A stretch of 64,000 nt of DNA, from the NCBI GenBank assembly GCA_041660305.1, contig JBAZWO010000004.1:32873-96872 (forward strand), in the 5' to 3' direction. Position 1 is the stretch's first letter; each line of letters begins with the position of its first letter. Shown here piece after piece: positions 46,479 through 56,578 of this stretch. The stretch comes from Patescibacteria group bacterium. Lineage in GTDB: Bacteria > Patescibacteriota > Patescibacteriia > UBA9570. Under the pieces are notes generated by a model, which was given only the letters and a program-made list of their open reading frames with translations, was not told the origin of the DNA and searched no databases. Made by a program: the position numbers and the translations under genes.

Positions 46479-46694
46479 ATGAAAACAAAACCAACTGGCA
46501 ATAACGGCAATGATTTTTTTGGTTGGGTGACAATTTCCAGCAAAGGGCAAATAGCTATTCCGGCTGATATTAGAAAACTGCTCAAGATTAAAACCGGCGA
46601 GCGTTTGTTAATTGTATTAAGAAAAGATCAAGCTGGGATTAACCTGATTAAAGCCAATGAAGTTGATAAAATATTTAGAAAATACAGTAATTAA
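46479..46694 (+). CDS. AbrB/SpoVT/MazE-family DNA-binding protein (orphan antitoxin-like)
   Basis: VTISSKGQIAIPADIRKLLKIKTGERLLI is a swapped-hairpin AbrB-type motif. No toxin gene is adjacent. Confidence 0.65.
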   Translation: MKTKPTGNNGNDFFGWVTISSKGQIAIPADIRKLLKIKTGERLLIVLRKDQAGINLIKANEVDKIFRKYSN

Positions 46695-46698
46695 CTTT

Positions 46699-46770
46699 AC
46701 TAACCCACCAGGCTAAACCTGGGGGTTAGTATGATTAACCCCTGGGTTTATCCCAGTGGGTTAATCAGGG
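46699..46770. repeat. Family-B GC-rich hairpin repeats, two copies in inverted orientation
   Basis: The two copies are TAACCCACCAGGCTAAACCTGGGGGTTA (46701-46728) and TTAACCCCTGGGTTTATCCCAGTGGGTTAA (46735-46764). Each is a hairpin, and together they form a larger palindrome. Confidence 0.8.
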
Positions 46771-46798
46771 GACATCTAAATAATAACTTTATAAATTT

Positions 46799-47068
46799 AT
46801 GCAACCATCACCCTTTACGCCTATTTGCCAAAGCTGCGGCATGCCAATGAAAGCCGATAAAGACTTTGGTACTAATCAAGACAAAACTATCAATCAAGAA
46901 TACTGCACGCATTGTTATCAAGCCGGGCAATATACTGCGCCAGATATTACTTTAGACCAGATGACCAAAGGTTGCGTAGGTATTATGACGCAATTCGGTG
47001 TACCAGAAATGCAAGCCAAACAGCAAATGGAAACGTTATTACCAACTTTAAAACGCTGGAAAAGATAA
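46799..47068 (+). CDS. Zinc-ribbon domain protein
   Basis: 89 aa. CQSCGMPM…(21 aa)…YCTHCY is a four-Cys zinc ribbon. Confidence 0.6.
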   Translation: MQPSPFTPICQSCGMPMKADKDFGTNQDKTINQEYCTHCYQAGQYTAPDITLDQMTKGCVGIMTQFGVPEMQAKQQMETLLPTLKRWKR

Positions 47069-47086
47069 TTAATAACATAATCCTAT

Positions 47087-47116
47087 TAACCCCCCGGGTT
47101 TATCCTGGTGGGTTTA
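47087..47116. repeat. Family-B hairpin repeat
   Basis: TTAACCCCCCGGGTTTATCCTGGTGGGTTT has the same consensus as 46735-46764. Confidence 0.75.
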
Positions 47117-47187
47117 TAAAAAACTATGCAACTCAACAAAACATTCTATATCGATTTGTTTGGTTATAGAAATAATAAAAAATCAAT

Positions 47188-47817
47188 ATGAACATTCTTT
47201 CACAACTTTCATCACAAGTAGGGGATATAACCGAAACTGCTAATCAAAAGGTAGCGGCTAAATGCTTAAAACAACCAGCGTTACTAAAAGATATTGCTAA
47301 AGGTTTAATAGATGCGAATCAAAAACTAATTGGGGATACTGCTGAAATAATGACCATAGTGGCTGAACAAAAACCAGAGTTAATTAAACCATTTGCTCAA
47401 CAAATTATCCCATTATTGGATCATAAGTATACGCGGGCTCGTTGGGAAGCGGCTCATTCTTTATCTTATCTGGCTACTTATGTTCCTAAAGAAATTGGAG
47501 CCATACTACCTAAATTAAAAGGCATTGCTATTTTAGATGACAGTACGATTGTGCGCGATTATACTACTTGGACGATTGCCAATTATGCACAAACTAGCAA
47601 AACCGCTGCTCATGCCGCAGTTGATGCACTGGCTATCATTTTAGATCAATGGAAAGACAAACAAGCCGCTAAAGTGATTCAAGGTTTTATTTATGCAGTT
47701 AAGCAAGATAAAACATTACTACCAAAAGTACAAAAATTAGTGAAGCCTTATGAAAAAAGTACCAAAGGAGTGGTGAAGAAAGTGGTGAAACAATTTCAGA
47801 CGGTAATAAAAAAATAA
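47188..47817 (+). CDS. Hypothetical helical-repeat protein
   Basis: 209-aa ORF with an alpha-helical-repeat appearance (HEAT-like). I have no firm family assignment. Confidence 0.45.
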   Translation: MNILSQLSSQVGDITETANQKVAAKCLKQPALLKDIAKGLIDANQKLIGDTAEIMTIVAEQKPELIKPFAQQIIPLLDHKYTRARWEAAHSLSYLATYVPKEIGAILPKLKGIAILDDSTIVRDYTTWTIANYAQTSKTAAHAAVDALAIILDQWKDKQAAKVIQGFIYAVKQDKTLLPKVQKLVKPYEKSTKGVVKKVVKQFQTVIKK

Positions 47818-47822
47818 TTACT

Positions 47823-48578
47823 ATGAAACAAATTAACATTACAGTACTGCATACAGAATTAGATCAATTTGATAACAGCCAATCTGGCTTTAGTTTATTA
47901 ATTGAAACAGAAAACAAAAAAATATTGTTTGATACATCTTTTGGAAACGATGTAAATAATAATGCTAGTAAAGACAAAATCGATTTAGATAATGTTGATA
48001 CTATCGTGTTAAGTCATAATCATTGGGATCATACTGGTGGTTTAGAGACAATTAATTTTCAAAAAACTACTCAGTTAATTGCACATCCATTATGTTTTGA
48101 GCCAAATTTAGTGGCCGGCAGGGGAAATATTGGTTGTCCCGTATCATTAACTGAGTTACAAAAAAAATTAACAGTCACGTTAACTAAAACGCCATATTGG
48201 TTGCAGCCGGATAACATAGTTTTTCTTGGAGAAGTACCACGTAAGTATCCGACTAGTGCCACAGGCCATCTATTAGATGATTCAGCGTTGGTGATTAAAC
48301 ATGAAAAAGGTTTGATTATTATTACCGGCTGTTCGCATGCTGGAGTAGATAACATTGTAGAATATGCCAAGCAAGTTTGTAACGAAACTAAAATTTATGC
48401 GGTAATCGGTGGATTTCATTTATTTAATCAAATACAAACAGATAATATTATTCATTATTTAAAACAGCAACAAATTGCTAAGTTATATCCAGGGCATTGT
48501 TTGAATGATTATGCGTTGGAACAGTGTAAAAAAATTGGTGGTGTAAAATTAAAAACACTACAAAAGATTAATTTGTAA
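47823..48578 (+). CDS. MBL-fold metallo-hydrolase
   Basis: 251 aa with the motif LSHNHWDHTGG (HxHxDH) and downstream GCSH / GGFH metal ligands. Confidence 0.75.
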   Translation: MKQINITVLHTELDQFDNSQSGFSLLIETENKKILFDTSFGNDVNNNASKDKIDLDNVDTIVLSHNHWDHTGGLETINFQKTTQLIAHPLCFEPNLVAGRGNIGCPVSLTELQKKLTVTLTKTPYWLQPDNIVFLGEVPRKYPTSATGHLLDDSALVIKHEKGLIIITGCSHAGVDNIVEYAKQVCNETKIYAVIGGFHLFNQIQTDNIIHYLKQQQIAKLYPGHCLNDYALEQCKKIGGVKLKTLQKINL

Positions 48579-48590
48579 AAAATGAATTAT

Positions 48591-49214
48591 TTATTTTATT
48601 TTGCTCAAATATTGCAATAATTTTATCACCAGTGGTATATACATGGTAGCTTGAGCGGCGTAGGAAGCGGTATCTAATGTTTTAGGTGGTTCGAGTGGTT
48701 CGCCGATTTTTGGTAATACTTTTAATGTATATGGTTCAATTGGAGTGGACAAAAAGGTGCCGAGCTTACCAAGGGTAGAATAAGTACTGTTAGTATTATG
48801 ATTAGCTAATAATCGATCGATTTGTTCATTAAACGTATTTGATAATAGTTGCTTATTTTGTTCACAGAACCGTTGAAATTGAGTAAACTCACCGTGATTT
48901 AACCAGAATCCACCACAAGTTCGACAACTTTCTATTTTAATATCTTTGGGAAAATTAATATCAGAAAAAGCTAATAATGGAGCGTGATCAATTGGACAGT
49001 ATAAAGTAGCGTCTGCGTGTGTGGCAGCTGGTGAGAAGGTGGTTGTATTAGCTGGTTCTATGTTTTTAGCAGTACCAGCTTTAGCGCGAAATAATTCTGA
49101 GGCATCGAACCAAATACCGTTACATTTAGGGCATTGATCGATAGTTAACGATTGTCCATAATGCGATTCAATTTGCACGGATTTCATTAATAAGTTACAT
49201 TGTGGACATTGCAT
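48591..49214 (-). CDS. Double zinc-ribbon protein (TFIIB-type zinc finger domains)
   Basis: The likely start is MQCPQC at 49214. CPQC…CPKC…WFDASEL is followed by a second CPID…CRTCGGFWLNHGEF. Confidence 0.6.
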   Translation of the reverse strand: MQCPQCNLLMKSVQIESHYGQSLTIDQCPKCNGIWFDASELFRAKAGTAKNIEPANTTTFSPAATHADATLYCPIDHAPLLAFSDINFPKDIKIESCRTCGGFWLNHGEFTQFQRFCEQNKQLLSNTFNEQIDRLLANHNTNSTYSTLGKLGTFLSTPIEPYTLKVLPKIGEPLEPPKTLDTASYAAQATMYIPLVIKLLQYLSKIK

Positions 49215-49343
49215 AATAAATATTATATTACTTAAATCGCAGTACAGCAATATGGTTGAGTTACGGCGCACCCGGACATTGACAGACCGTTAGAAGCATG
49301 TTAATAATGATGATATTTTATTATTAATTGACGCACTATTTAT

Positions 49344-50705
49344 ATGGAGCAAAAATCATCTGTCGTTAAGGCACCGGGATTTTTAAAACGCGATAATTAT
49401 TTGATATTAAAATATATTATTTTTGGCATTGTTTTTAGCCTGGTTATTTTGATATTTAGTTTGAGTATGTCTGTAGTAGCTAAACAGCGACAGGCTATTA
49501 GTGTTAATAATTATACTAGAACTAACCAGATATACAGCGGCCCGCTCACGCAAAATTCTCCCAGCATCGATGCTTTATCGGAAAACAGCGCTATTTACAA
49601 AGACAAGGCGCTTAGTTATCAAGTGGCTAAAAATTATGCCGAAAACACTTCTTTGGTAAAAACAACTGGCCAGGTAGTAATGCTGGCGGATTTTGTTAAA
49701 AAAGGTTTGGTCTATCAGCCAACTTATAAAACAGAATTTAACGCGGCGTATGAATTAAAAAACGATCTAGCCGAAGATAGCGCGGTGGAATTTTTCTTTC
49801 CTTTTCCAGTTAACACGCAGTTATCAGAAATTAGCCATGCCAAATTGTTGGTGAATGGTCAGGAAATTAGCAATGCCAAGGCTAATACAACCAATGTTAC
49901 AGGCACGGCTGATGCAATGACGCAAGGTTTAAAATGGGAGGGCGTTATTCCGAAACAAAGTACAGTAAAAATAGAAGTTAGTTATAATACAGTTGGTTTG
50001 TCGCAATTTAGTTACGTTGGTATTGAGAATCCCAAAGGAGCACAAGACGTTGATTTTACTTTAACTATCAAGGGCATCAGATCTTATGATATTGAAAACG
50101 GTTTATCGGTAGATAAACGCGAGTTTGGCGACAATTCGGTTGTATTGCAATGGAACAAGCAAAATTTGTATTCATCGCCGAGGATTTCGGTTAGTGTGGG
50201 CGATAAATTAAATCCATCTACCCAAGTTTCGCGCATATACTGGGTAATGGCGCCGCTATATATTGTAGCCATCTCGATTTTATTGTTCTTGGCTTACCGC
50301 TTTGGAAAAAAAATGCGTATTTTCGACATGCTAATAATAACAGTGTTGTACGTTTTGTATTTTCCGTTCGTGCATTATCTTTCCAGTTTTACCATCGATC
50401 CAACCATTGAAGCGTTAAGTATCTTTAAAAATGTTGGATATTTTTCCATGCCGCTTTATGGCGCTTTTGCCATGGCTTGGTTGGTAATTGGCGGAATGTT
50501 ATTTTATCTATTCGCTCGTTTATCAAGCTTGAAGTTTGCTCTGAAATTTATTTTACCGGCTTTAGTGTTGTTTTTAGGATTTTTTCCGTTGGTTTTAACG
50601 GTGCCGGAATATTCAATACTATTAACCTTAATTGGGGTAATTGCTTTGGTAGCGATTATCATTCAAAGCCGGCTGCAAATTCATCAACAAAATACTACGG
50701 AGTAA
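49344..50705 (+). CDS. Membrane protein with an N-terminal TM, a ~270-aa extracytoplasmic domain and a C-terminal polytopic region
   Basis: 453-aa ORF. The topology is read from its hydrophobic segments, and I assign no family. Confidence 0.5.
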   Translation: MEQKSSVVKAPGFLKRDNYLILKYIIFGIVFSLVILIFSLSMSVVAKQRQAISVNNYTRTNQIYSGPLTQNSPSIDALSENSAIYKDKALSYQVAKNYAENTSLVKTTGQVVMLADFVKKGLVYQPTYKTEFNAAYELKNDLAEDSAVEFFFPFPVNTQLSEISHAKLLVNGQEISNAKANTTNVTGTADAMTQGLKWEGVIPKQSTVKIEVSYNTVGLSQFSYVGIENPKGAQDVDFTLTIKGIRSYDIENGLSVDKREFGDNSVVLQWNKQNLYSSPRISVSVGDKLNPSTQVSRIYWVMAPLYIVAISILLFLAYRFGKKMRIFDMLIITVLYVLYFPFVHYLSSFTIDPTIEALSIFKNVGYFSMPLYGAFAMAWLVIGGMLFYLFARLSSLKFALKFILPALVLFLGFFPLVLTVPEYSILLTLIGVIALVAIIIQSRLQIHQQNTTE

Positions 50706-50779
50706 ATATTATTATTGACCGTTTTCTTACACTGGGTTATAGTACGGAAGCTGAATATTTATAGATATTATTCAGCCCT

Positions 50780-50863
50780 GGGCAGGTGGCGGAGCGGTCA
50801 ATCGCACTTGGCTGTAAACCAAGCAGCCTCTGGCTTTCGGGGGTTCGAATCCCTCCCTGCCCA
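50780..50863 (+). tRNA. tRNA-Tyr (anticodon GUA), long variable arm, no encoded CCA
   Basis: The acceptor stem is GGGCAGG/CCTGCCC and the anticodon stem is CTTGG/CCAAG with loop CTGTAAA. It has a long variable arm and a T arm GGGGG-TTCGAAT-CCCTC. Confidence 0.85.
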
Positions 50864-50935
50864 CATTAATACATCCTCTTTACCATCTTCCTTAGTTAAG
50901 ATACAATAACGTTACTAAACATAACTTGTTTTATT

Positions 50936-51574
50936 ATGTCTAAAACCGTTGTTACTATTATATTAGCTTTCCTAATTGTATTAGGAGTAAGCGTAGTATT
51001 ATATAGTTATTCGCGACCGGTATTGGCTCCGGGAGAAAATATTAATCAAAATAGCAACCAAATTGTTAATGATAACATTAATAATAATGTAAATGGTCTG
51101 GCAGACAATAGCGTAAATATATTTTTAGTAGCATTGGAAGATAATGGCAAAACCGGGGAATTAATTGGGTGTGGCGATAGTTTAGTAGCAGTTGATGTAT
51201 CGGCACCGTCTTTGCCGGACACTTTTAATCGTGAATTAACGCAGGAAGAAAAAGTTAAATTAGCCTTGGAAAATTTGTTAGCCATTAAAGAACGTACATA
51301 TGGCCAATCTGGTTTGTATAATGCTTTATATCAATCTAGTTTAACAGTAAAGAGCGTTGTTGTTACTGCAGGATTAGGTTATCCAGTTCCAATAGGGGTA
51401 ATTAGCGTAGTATTAGAAGGATCTTTTCAAATGAATGGTGCTTGTGATAATCCACGCACTAAAGCGCAGTTAGAACAAACGGTTAAAAATCAGCTGGTTG
51501 ATGATGTTAAGGTGGTGATTACTGTAAATAGCAAACCATTAAATGATGTATTATCTGGTAAAAGTGAATTATAA
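50936..51574 (+). CDS. Membrane-anchored hypothetical protein (possibly GerMN-like domain)
   Basis: 212 aa with an N-terminal TM and an Asn-rich linker. IFLVALEDNGKTGELIGCGDSLVAV resembles a GerMN-type domain, but this is low confidence. Confidence 0.45.
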   Translation: MSKTVVTIILAFLIVLGVSVVLYSYSRPVLAPGENINQNSNQIVNDNINNNVNGLADNSVNIFLVALEDNGKTGELIGCGDSLVAVDVSAPSLPDTFNRELTQEEKVKLALENLLAIKERTYGQSGLYNALYQSSLTVKSVVVTAGLGYPVPIGVISVVLEGSFQMNGACDNPRTKAQLEQTVKNQLVDDVKVVITVNSKPLNDVLSGKSEL

Positions 51575-51578
51575 AGTT

Positions 51579-52547
51579 ATGATTGATAAAACACTCATGC
51601 AAAAACAACTTAATCACTGTTTAACTGAAACAAATTTTGTTGGTTTAGGAAAAAAAAGACAAGGGAAAGTGCGTGATAGTTATGAACAAGCTGATAAAAT
51701 GATTTTAATTACTACCGATCGGCAATCGGCCTTTGATCGGATTTTAGCCAGCGTGCCCTTTAAAGGGCAGGTGTTAAATGAAGTGTCCGCTTATTGGTTT
51801 GAACATACTAAAGATATTGTGCCAAATCATGTGCTTGCTGTGCCGGATCCAAATGTTACGGTGGCTAAAAAATGTACTGTGTTTCCAGTGGAGTTTGTGG
51901 TGCGTGGGTATTTAACCGGAGTAACCGATACAGCGGTGTGGACAGCTTATGCCAAAGGGGAGCGGGAATTTTGCGGTAATATATTACCTGAAGGCATGGC
52001 CAAAAATCAGCCGTTTGCCGAACCGATTATTACGCCTACTACTAAAGATGATAAACATGATGAAAAAATTTCTGCCACAGAAATTGTTAAACGAGGCTTA
52101 ATGACTCAAGCCGATTGGAATACTTGTGCTGATATTGCTTTAAAATTATTTAAACGCGGCCAGGAATTAGCCAAGCAACACGGCATGATATTAGTAGACA
52201 CTAAATATGAATTAGGCAAAGATGCTAACGGTGTTATTACCTTGGTAGACGAAATTCACACACCAGATTCGTCGCGTTATTGGATTGCTAATACGTATGA
52301 AGAACAATTAGCTAATGGTCAAGAGCCAGCCAATATAGATAAAGAATTTTTAAGATTATGGTTCAAATCACACTGCGATCCATATAAAGATAAAGTACTA
52401 CCAGAAGCTCCCGCTGAATTAGTTACCGAATTATCAGCTAGATATATTCAGTTATATGAAGCCATTACTGGTAAAGATTTTATGTATCCAGATATTAATC
52501 AAGCAATCAATGAACGTATTGAGCAGAATTTAAAAAATTATTTTTAA
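51579..52547 (+). CDS. purC: SAICAR synthetase (long form)
   Basis: The start is ATG 51579. Motifs are [26 protein letters not shown] and DTKYELG. Confidence 0.85.
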   Translation: MIDKTLMQKQLNHCLTETNFVGLGKKRQGKVRDSYEQADKMILITTDRQSAFDRILASVPFKGQVLNEVSAYWFEHTKDIVPNHVLAVPDPNVTVAKKCTVFPVEFVVRGYLTGVTDTAVWTAYAKGEREFCGNILPEGMAKNQPFAEPIITPTTKDDKHDEKISATEIVKRGLMTQADWNTCADIALKLFKRGQELAKQHGMILVDTKYELGKDANGVITLVDEIHTPDSSRYWIANTYEEQLANGQEPANIDKEFLRLWFKSHCDPYKDKVLPEAPAELVTELSARYIQLYEAITGKDFMYPDINQAINERIEQNLKNYF

Positions 52548-52551
52548 TAAT

Positions 52552-53031
52552 ATGAACCACCCACCATTAGTTAGCATTATTATGGGCAGTACATCAGATT
52601 GGCCAACTATGCAGGCGGCCGCCGAAGTGTTAGATGAATTAGAAATTTCTTATGAAAAAAAAGTAGTATCAGCGCATCGGACGCCGGATTTAATGTACGA
52701 ACATGCCAAAACGGCGCATGAACAAGGCATTGAGGTAATTATCGCCGGTGCCGGTGGAGCAGCGCATTTACCGGGCATGACAGCTTCGTTAACTACTTTG
52801 CCAGTAATTGGCGTACCGATTGAAAGTAAAACATTACATGGAGTGGACTCGCTATTATCGATTGTACAAATGCCTAAAGGGATACCGGTAGCAACTGTGG
52901 CTATCGGCAATGCGCGTAATGCTGGGCTATTAGCGGCTAGAATATTAAGTATTAAATATCCAGAAATTGCCCGGGCCTTAAAAGAGCTGGCCAAAAAAAC
53001 CGCTGAAGAAGTTAAGCAAGCTAAGATATAA
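52552..53031 (+). CDS. purE: N5-CAIR mutase (class I PurE)
   Basis: 159 aa with [14 protein letters not shown] and AGGAAHLPG. It is followed by purK. Confidence 0.9.
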   Translation: MNHPPLVSIIMGSTSDWPTMQAAAEVLDELEISYEKKVVSAHRTPDLMYEHAKTAHEQGIEVIIAGAGGAAHLPGMTASLTTLPVIGVPIESKTLHGVDSLLSIVQMPKGIPVATVAIGNARNAGLLAARILSIKYPEIARALKELAKKTAEEVKQAKI

Positions 53032-54167
53032 TGCCATTATTACCAGGCACCACAATTGGCATGTTAGGCGGCGGACAACTAGGCCGCATGTTTGGTTACG
53101 CGGCTAAGCGGTTGGGTTATAACGTAATTACGCTGGATCCAACGCCAACTTGCCCAATGGCGCAAGTAGTAGATGAGCAAATTGTAGCGGCTTATGATGA
53201 TGTTAACGCCGCTAAAGAACTAGCTAAACGTTGCCAAGTTATTAGTTATGAATTTGAAAATGTGGCTGTAAAATTAGTCGATACCATTACTGCTACAACA
53301 CCGGTGTATCCCGGCGCCAAAGCATTAGCTGTTTCTCAACACCGCTGGCGCGAGAAAGATTTGTTTAAAAAATGTTCCATTCCCGTTACGCCGTTTTATC
53401 AAGTAGCTACGGAAACAGATTTAGAGCAAGCCGAAAAAACCATTGGTTATCCGGCCGTGTTAAAAACGTGCCAGTTTGGTTATGACGGTAAAGGGCAGTA
53501 TGTGATTAATAATACCAACGAAGCTAAAACCGCTTTTACTAAACTTAATAAGCAAGAATTAATTTGGGAAAAGAAAGTAGATTTTGTAAAAGAAATTAGT
53601 GTTATTTGTGTGCGTGGGCAAAATGGTGAAACTGTAACTTATCCTGTTTCAGAAAATATTCACGTGAATAATATTTTAGATATTACTATTGTGCCGGCCA
53701 GAATTTCCAAATCCTCTACCCAGCAAGCGCACGATATTGCTAAAATGATTGCCAAAGAGCTGGATATTATTGGCACGTTTTGTGTGGAATTATTTGTTTT
53801 AGCCGATGGCACAGTCATGGCCAACGAAATTGCCCCACGGCCGCATAATTCCGGGCATTATTCCATTGAAGCCTGTTATTGTTCACAGTTCGAAAATCAG
53901 TTGCGCGCTATTTGCGGTTTGCCACTAGGGTCTCCAGATTTACGCTATGGCACGGCCGTAATGATAAATATTTTAGGCACCGGTACCGGTAATACTTTAA
54001 GTGGTGTTGATCAATTAATGAACAATAAAAATGCTTACTTACATTTATATGGCAAAGCCGAAGCTAAAGCCGCTCGCAAAATGGGTCACTTTACAGTAAT
54101 TGGCGATGATATAGAAACATTATTACAGCAGGCGCAAGAGATTAGAAAAAATTTAAAATGGGTATGA
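53031..54167 (+). CDS. purK: N5-CAIR synthetase (ATP-grasp)
   Basis: 378 aa with GMLGGGQLGRM, GYDGKGQ and NEIAPRPHNSGH. Confidence 0.9.
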   Translation: MPLLPGTTIGMLGGGQLGRMFGYAAKRLGYNVITLDPTPTCPMAQVVDEQIVAAYDDVNAAKELAKRCQVISYEFENVAVKLVDTITATTPVYPGAKALAVSQHRWREKDLFKKCSIPVTPFYQVATETDLEQAEKTIGYPAVLKTCQFGYDGKGQYVINNTNEAKTAFTKLNKQELIWEKKVDFVKEISVICVRGQNGETVTYPVSENIHVNNILDITIVPARISKSSTQQAHDIAKMIAKELDIIGTFCVELFVLADGTVMANEIAPRPHNSGHYSIEACYCSQFENQLRAICGLPLGSPDLRYGTAVMINILGTGTGNTLSGVDQLMNNKNAYLHLYGKAEAKAARKMGHFTVIGDDIETLLQQAQEIRKNLKWV

Positions 54168-54418
54168 ATATTATTACGATCATTGGTACGTTAGCCGCCG
54201 GTTGCACAACCATATCGTTTTTACCGCAAGCGATTAAAACTATCAAAACTAGAGAAACTAAAGATATTTCTTTGTTGATGTATGTATTGTTTATTATTGG
54301 TATTACCCTGTGGTTAGTGTACGGTGTATTATTACACGAATGGCCGATTATTATTGGTAATAGTATTACGTTTGTTTTAGCGTTTATTGTGTTGAGGTTG
54401 AAGATTAAGCATGGATAA
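54158..54418 (+). CDS. SemiSWEET (PQ-loop) sugar transporter
   Basis: 86 aa with 3 TM helices and the motif TISFLPQAIKTIKTR. It overlaps the end of purK by 10 nt. Confidence 0.75.
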   Translation: MGMNIITIIGTLAAGCTTISFLPQAIKTIKTRETKDISLLMYVLFIIGITLWLVYGVLLHEWPIIIGNSITFVLAFIVLRLKIKHG

Positions 54419-54526
54419 GTATAAATAAAAGTGCTAAAATGCAAGCACTTAATTTAACGCAACTATGCTTTTATAGATCTTGGAGGTTAGGTCAATAAAA
54501 TCATGGTTAGGTAACTATTAAAACCT

Positions 54527-55345
54527 ATGACCAATGCTAGTACAACTACGAAAATTGCCTTATTTCAAGGCAAAAAAATCCGACGAATTTGGAATAACGA
54601 ACAAGGTAAGTGGTACTTTTCAATAGTTGACATTATTTTTGTACTTACCGAAAGTGCTAATCCAACAGATTATTTAAAAAAATTGAGAAAGAGAGATGCT
54701 ATTCTCAGTAATTACCTGGGGACAAATTGTCCCCAGGTAGAAATGTATACTAAAACTGGGAAAAAAAGAAAAACATTAGCTGGCACTCCAGAACATTTGT
54801 TAAGAATTATTCAATCCGTTCCTAGTCCAAAAGCCGAACCAATTAAGCTGTGGTTGGCACGAGTAGGTTACGAGCGTATAGAAGAAATGAGCGATCCGGA
54901 AAAAGCGCTCAATCGGAGCCGGGATTATTGGCAAAAAATGGGCCGGAGTCAAAAATGGATTCAGCAAAGAATGATGGGACAGGAAATTAGAAACAAACTT
55001 ACAGATTACTGGAAAAATAACGAAGTAACTAAGCAAGATGAGTATGCAATATTAACGAATATCATTCACCAAGAATGGAGCGATTTATCAGTAACGGAGC
55101 ATAAAAGTTTAAAAAAATTAAAAAGAGAAAATTTGCGCGATCATATGACGGACGCTGAATTAGTGTTTACAGCCTTAGCAGAACTTTCTACGCGCCAGAT
55201 TGCGGAAACCATGCAAACAAAAGGTTTGGTAGAAAATAAAGTTCCAGCAAAGAAAGGTGGCAGAATTGCTAAACATGCTCGGTTAGAATTGGAACAAAAA
55301 ACCGGTAAAAAAGTAGTAACCGGGAATAATTTAAAATTAAAGTGA
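54527..55345 (+). CDS. Bro-N domain protein
   Basis: The N-terminus ALFQGKKIRRIWNNEQGKWYFSIVDIIFVLTES is Bro-N-like, a domain common in phage and accessory DNA. The C-terminus is helical. Confidence 0.6.
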   Translation: MTNASTTTKIALFQGKKIRRIWNNEQGKWYFSIVDIIFVLTESANPTDYLKKLRKRDAILSNYLGTNCPQVEMYTKTGKKRKTLAGTPEHLLRIIQSVPSPKAEPIKLWLARVGYERIEEMSDPEKALNRSRDYWQKMGRSQKWIQQRMMGQEIRNKLTDYWKNNEVTKQDEYAILTNIIHQEWSDLSVTEHKSLKKLKRENLRDHMTDAELVFTALAELSTRQIAETMQTKGLVENKVPAKKGGRIAKHARLELEQKTGKKVVTGNNLKLK

Positions 55346-56532
55346 AAGCTTTGGAGCAAAATAAATTAGCTAGCAACATTTGGAAATTTTACTTGCTAGA
55401 AATATTATCTGGCATGTTTTTTAGCGTGCCGGTGATTGTGTTATTTTGGCAGGCCAATGGTTTAAGTGTGCAGCAAATTTTATTGTTGCAAGCGATATTT
55501 TCTTTTGTGGCTTTGGTATTTGAAATACCCACTGGCTATTTTGCGGATATTTATGGAAGAAAAAAATCATTGTTATTGTTCGGTATATTATTTGCTGCTG
55601 GAATATTAATGTATAGTTTCGGGCACTATTTTTATCAATTTGTTCTATTAGAAATAATCTTTGGCTTGAGCTTAGCCTTTTTATCTGGGGCGGCCGAAGC
55701 GTTTGTGTATGATACGTTAGTAGATTTGCACCAACAGCAATATTTTAAAAAAATTTGGGGCAAGGGCATGGCTTATGGCATGGTGGCCATGGCGGTCTCC
55801 AATATTATCGGCGGATTCATAGCCCAATATGATCTACGTTATCCATTTTATGCTTCGGTGCCGTTTTTTACTTTGTTAATTCCAGTGGCATTATCATTAC
55901 ATGAACCGCATGCCAAAAAACCAATTATACAAAAAGACTATTTAAGAATTTTATGGCTGATTATTAAAACAGTATTTACTCAACAAAAAAAGCTACGTTG
56001 GTTGATTATTTATGCCGGTATTATTTTTTCTTTTAATCAAACAGCGTTATGGTTGTATCAGCCTTATTTTAAATTAATCAAGCTAGACATTGTTTATTTT
56101 GGAATAGTATTTGCTAGTTTTCAATTAGTCGCGGCGGCGGCTTCAAAATATTCTCATAAGCTAGAACATATTTTAGGTGGACGTTATTCATTAATATTAT
56201 TAGTAGTTTTGTTAGTTATTAGTTACTTGCTCATGAGTAATTTTGTTTTCCTGTTTAGTTTTTCATTTGTATGGTTACAGCAATTCGTGCGTGGTTTTGT
56301 CGACCCGGTGATGGCTGATTATATTAATAAATTAACAGAAACACATATTCGAGCCACAGTTTTGTCTGTAAAGGGCATGATTGAAAAAATATTATATTCT
56401 ATATTATTAATTTTTGCCGGCTGGTTTACCAATATTTTTTCTTTAACGCAAACATTAGGTTTGTTAGGTATTTTGGTATTATTAGTAGGTAGTGCGGTTT
56501 TATTTATACTGCATAGAACTAAAGTAGTGTAA
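55342..56532 (+). CDS. MFS transporter (paralog A)
   Basis: 396 aa with 12 TM helices, a GTG start and the motif FADIYGRKK. It is paralogous to 58094-59278. Confidence 0.75.
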   Translation: MKALEQNKLASNIWKFYLLEILSGMFFSVPVIVLFWQANGLSVQQILLLQAIFSFVALVFEIPTGYFADIYGRKKSLLLFGILFAAGILMYSFGHYFYQFVLLEIIFGLSLAFLSGAAEAFVYDTLVDLHQQQYFKKIWGKGMAYGMVAMAVSNIIGGFIAQYDLRYPFYASVPFFTLLIPVALSLHEPHAKKPIIQKDYLRILWLIIKTVFTQQKKLRWLIIYAGIIFSFNQTALWLYQPYFKLIKLDIVYFGIVFASFQLVAAAASKYSHKLEHILGGRYSLILLVVLLVISYLLMSNFVFLFSFSFVWLQQFVRGFVDPVMADYINKLTETHIRATVLSVKGMIEKILYSILLIFAGWFTNIFSLTQTLGLLGILVLLVGSAVLFILHRTKVV

Positions 56533-56578
56533 TAGCGAATAAAGTGGTAAAATTGAGCTAAGAATATTTTAAAACTAT

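Noticed and set aside
46912-47169. 85-aa ORF overlapping the zinc-ribbon gene in another frame
   Set aside because: It has no RBS, it runs through a family-B repeat, and the zinc-ribbon frame has a clear 4-Cys motif.
50477-50909. ORFs 50477-50764 and 50715-50909 around tRNA-Tyr
   Set aside because: The first is an alternative frame of the membrane-protein gene. The second reads straight through the tRNA-Tyr gene.
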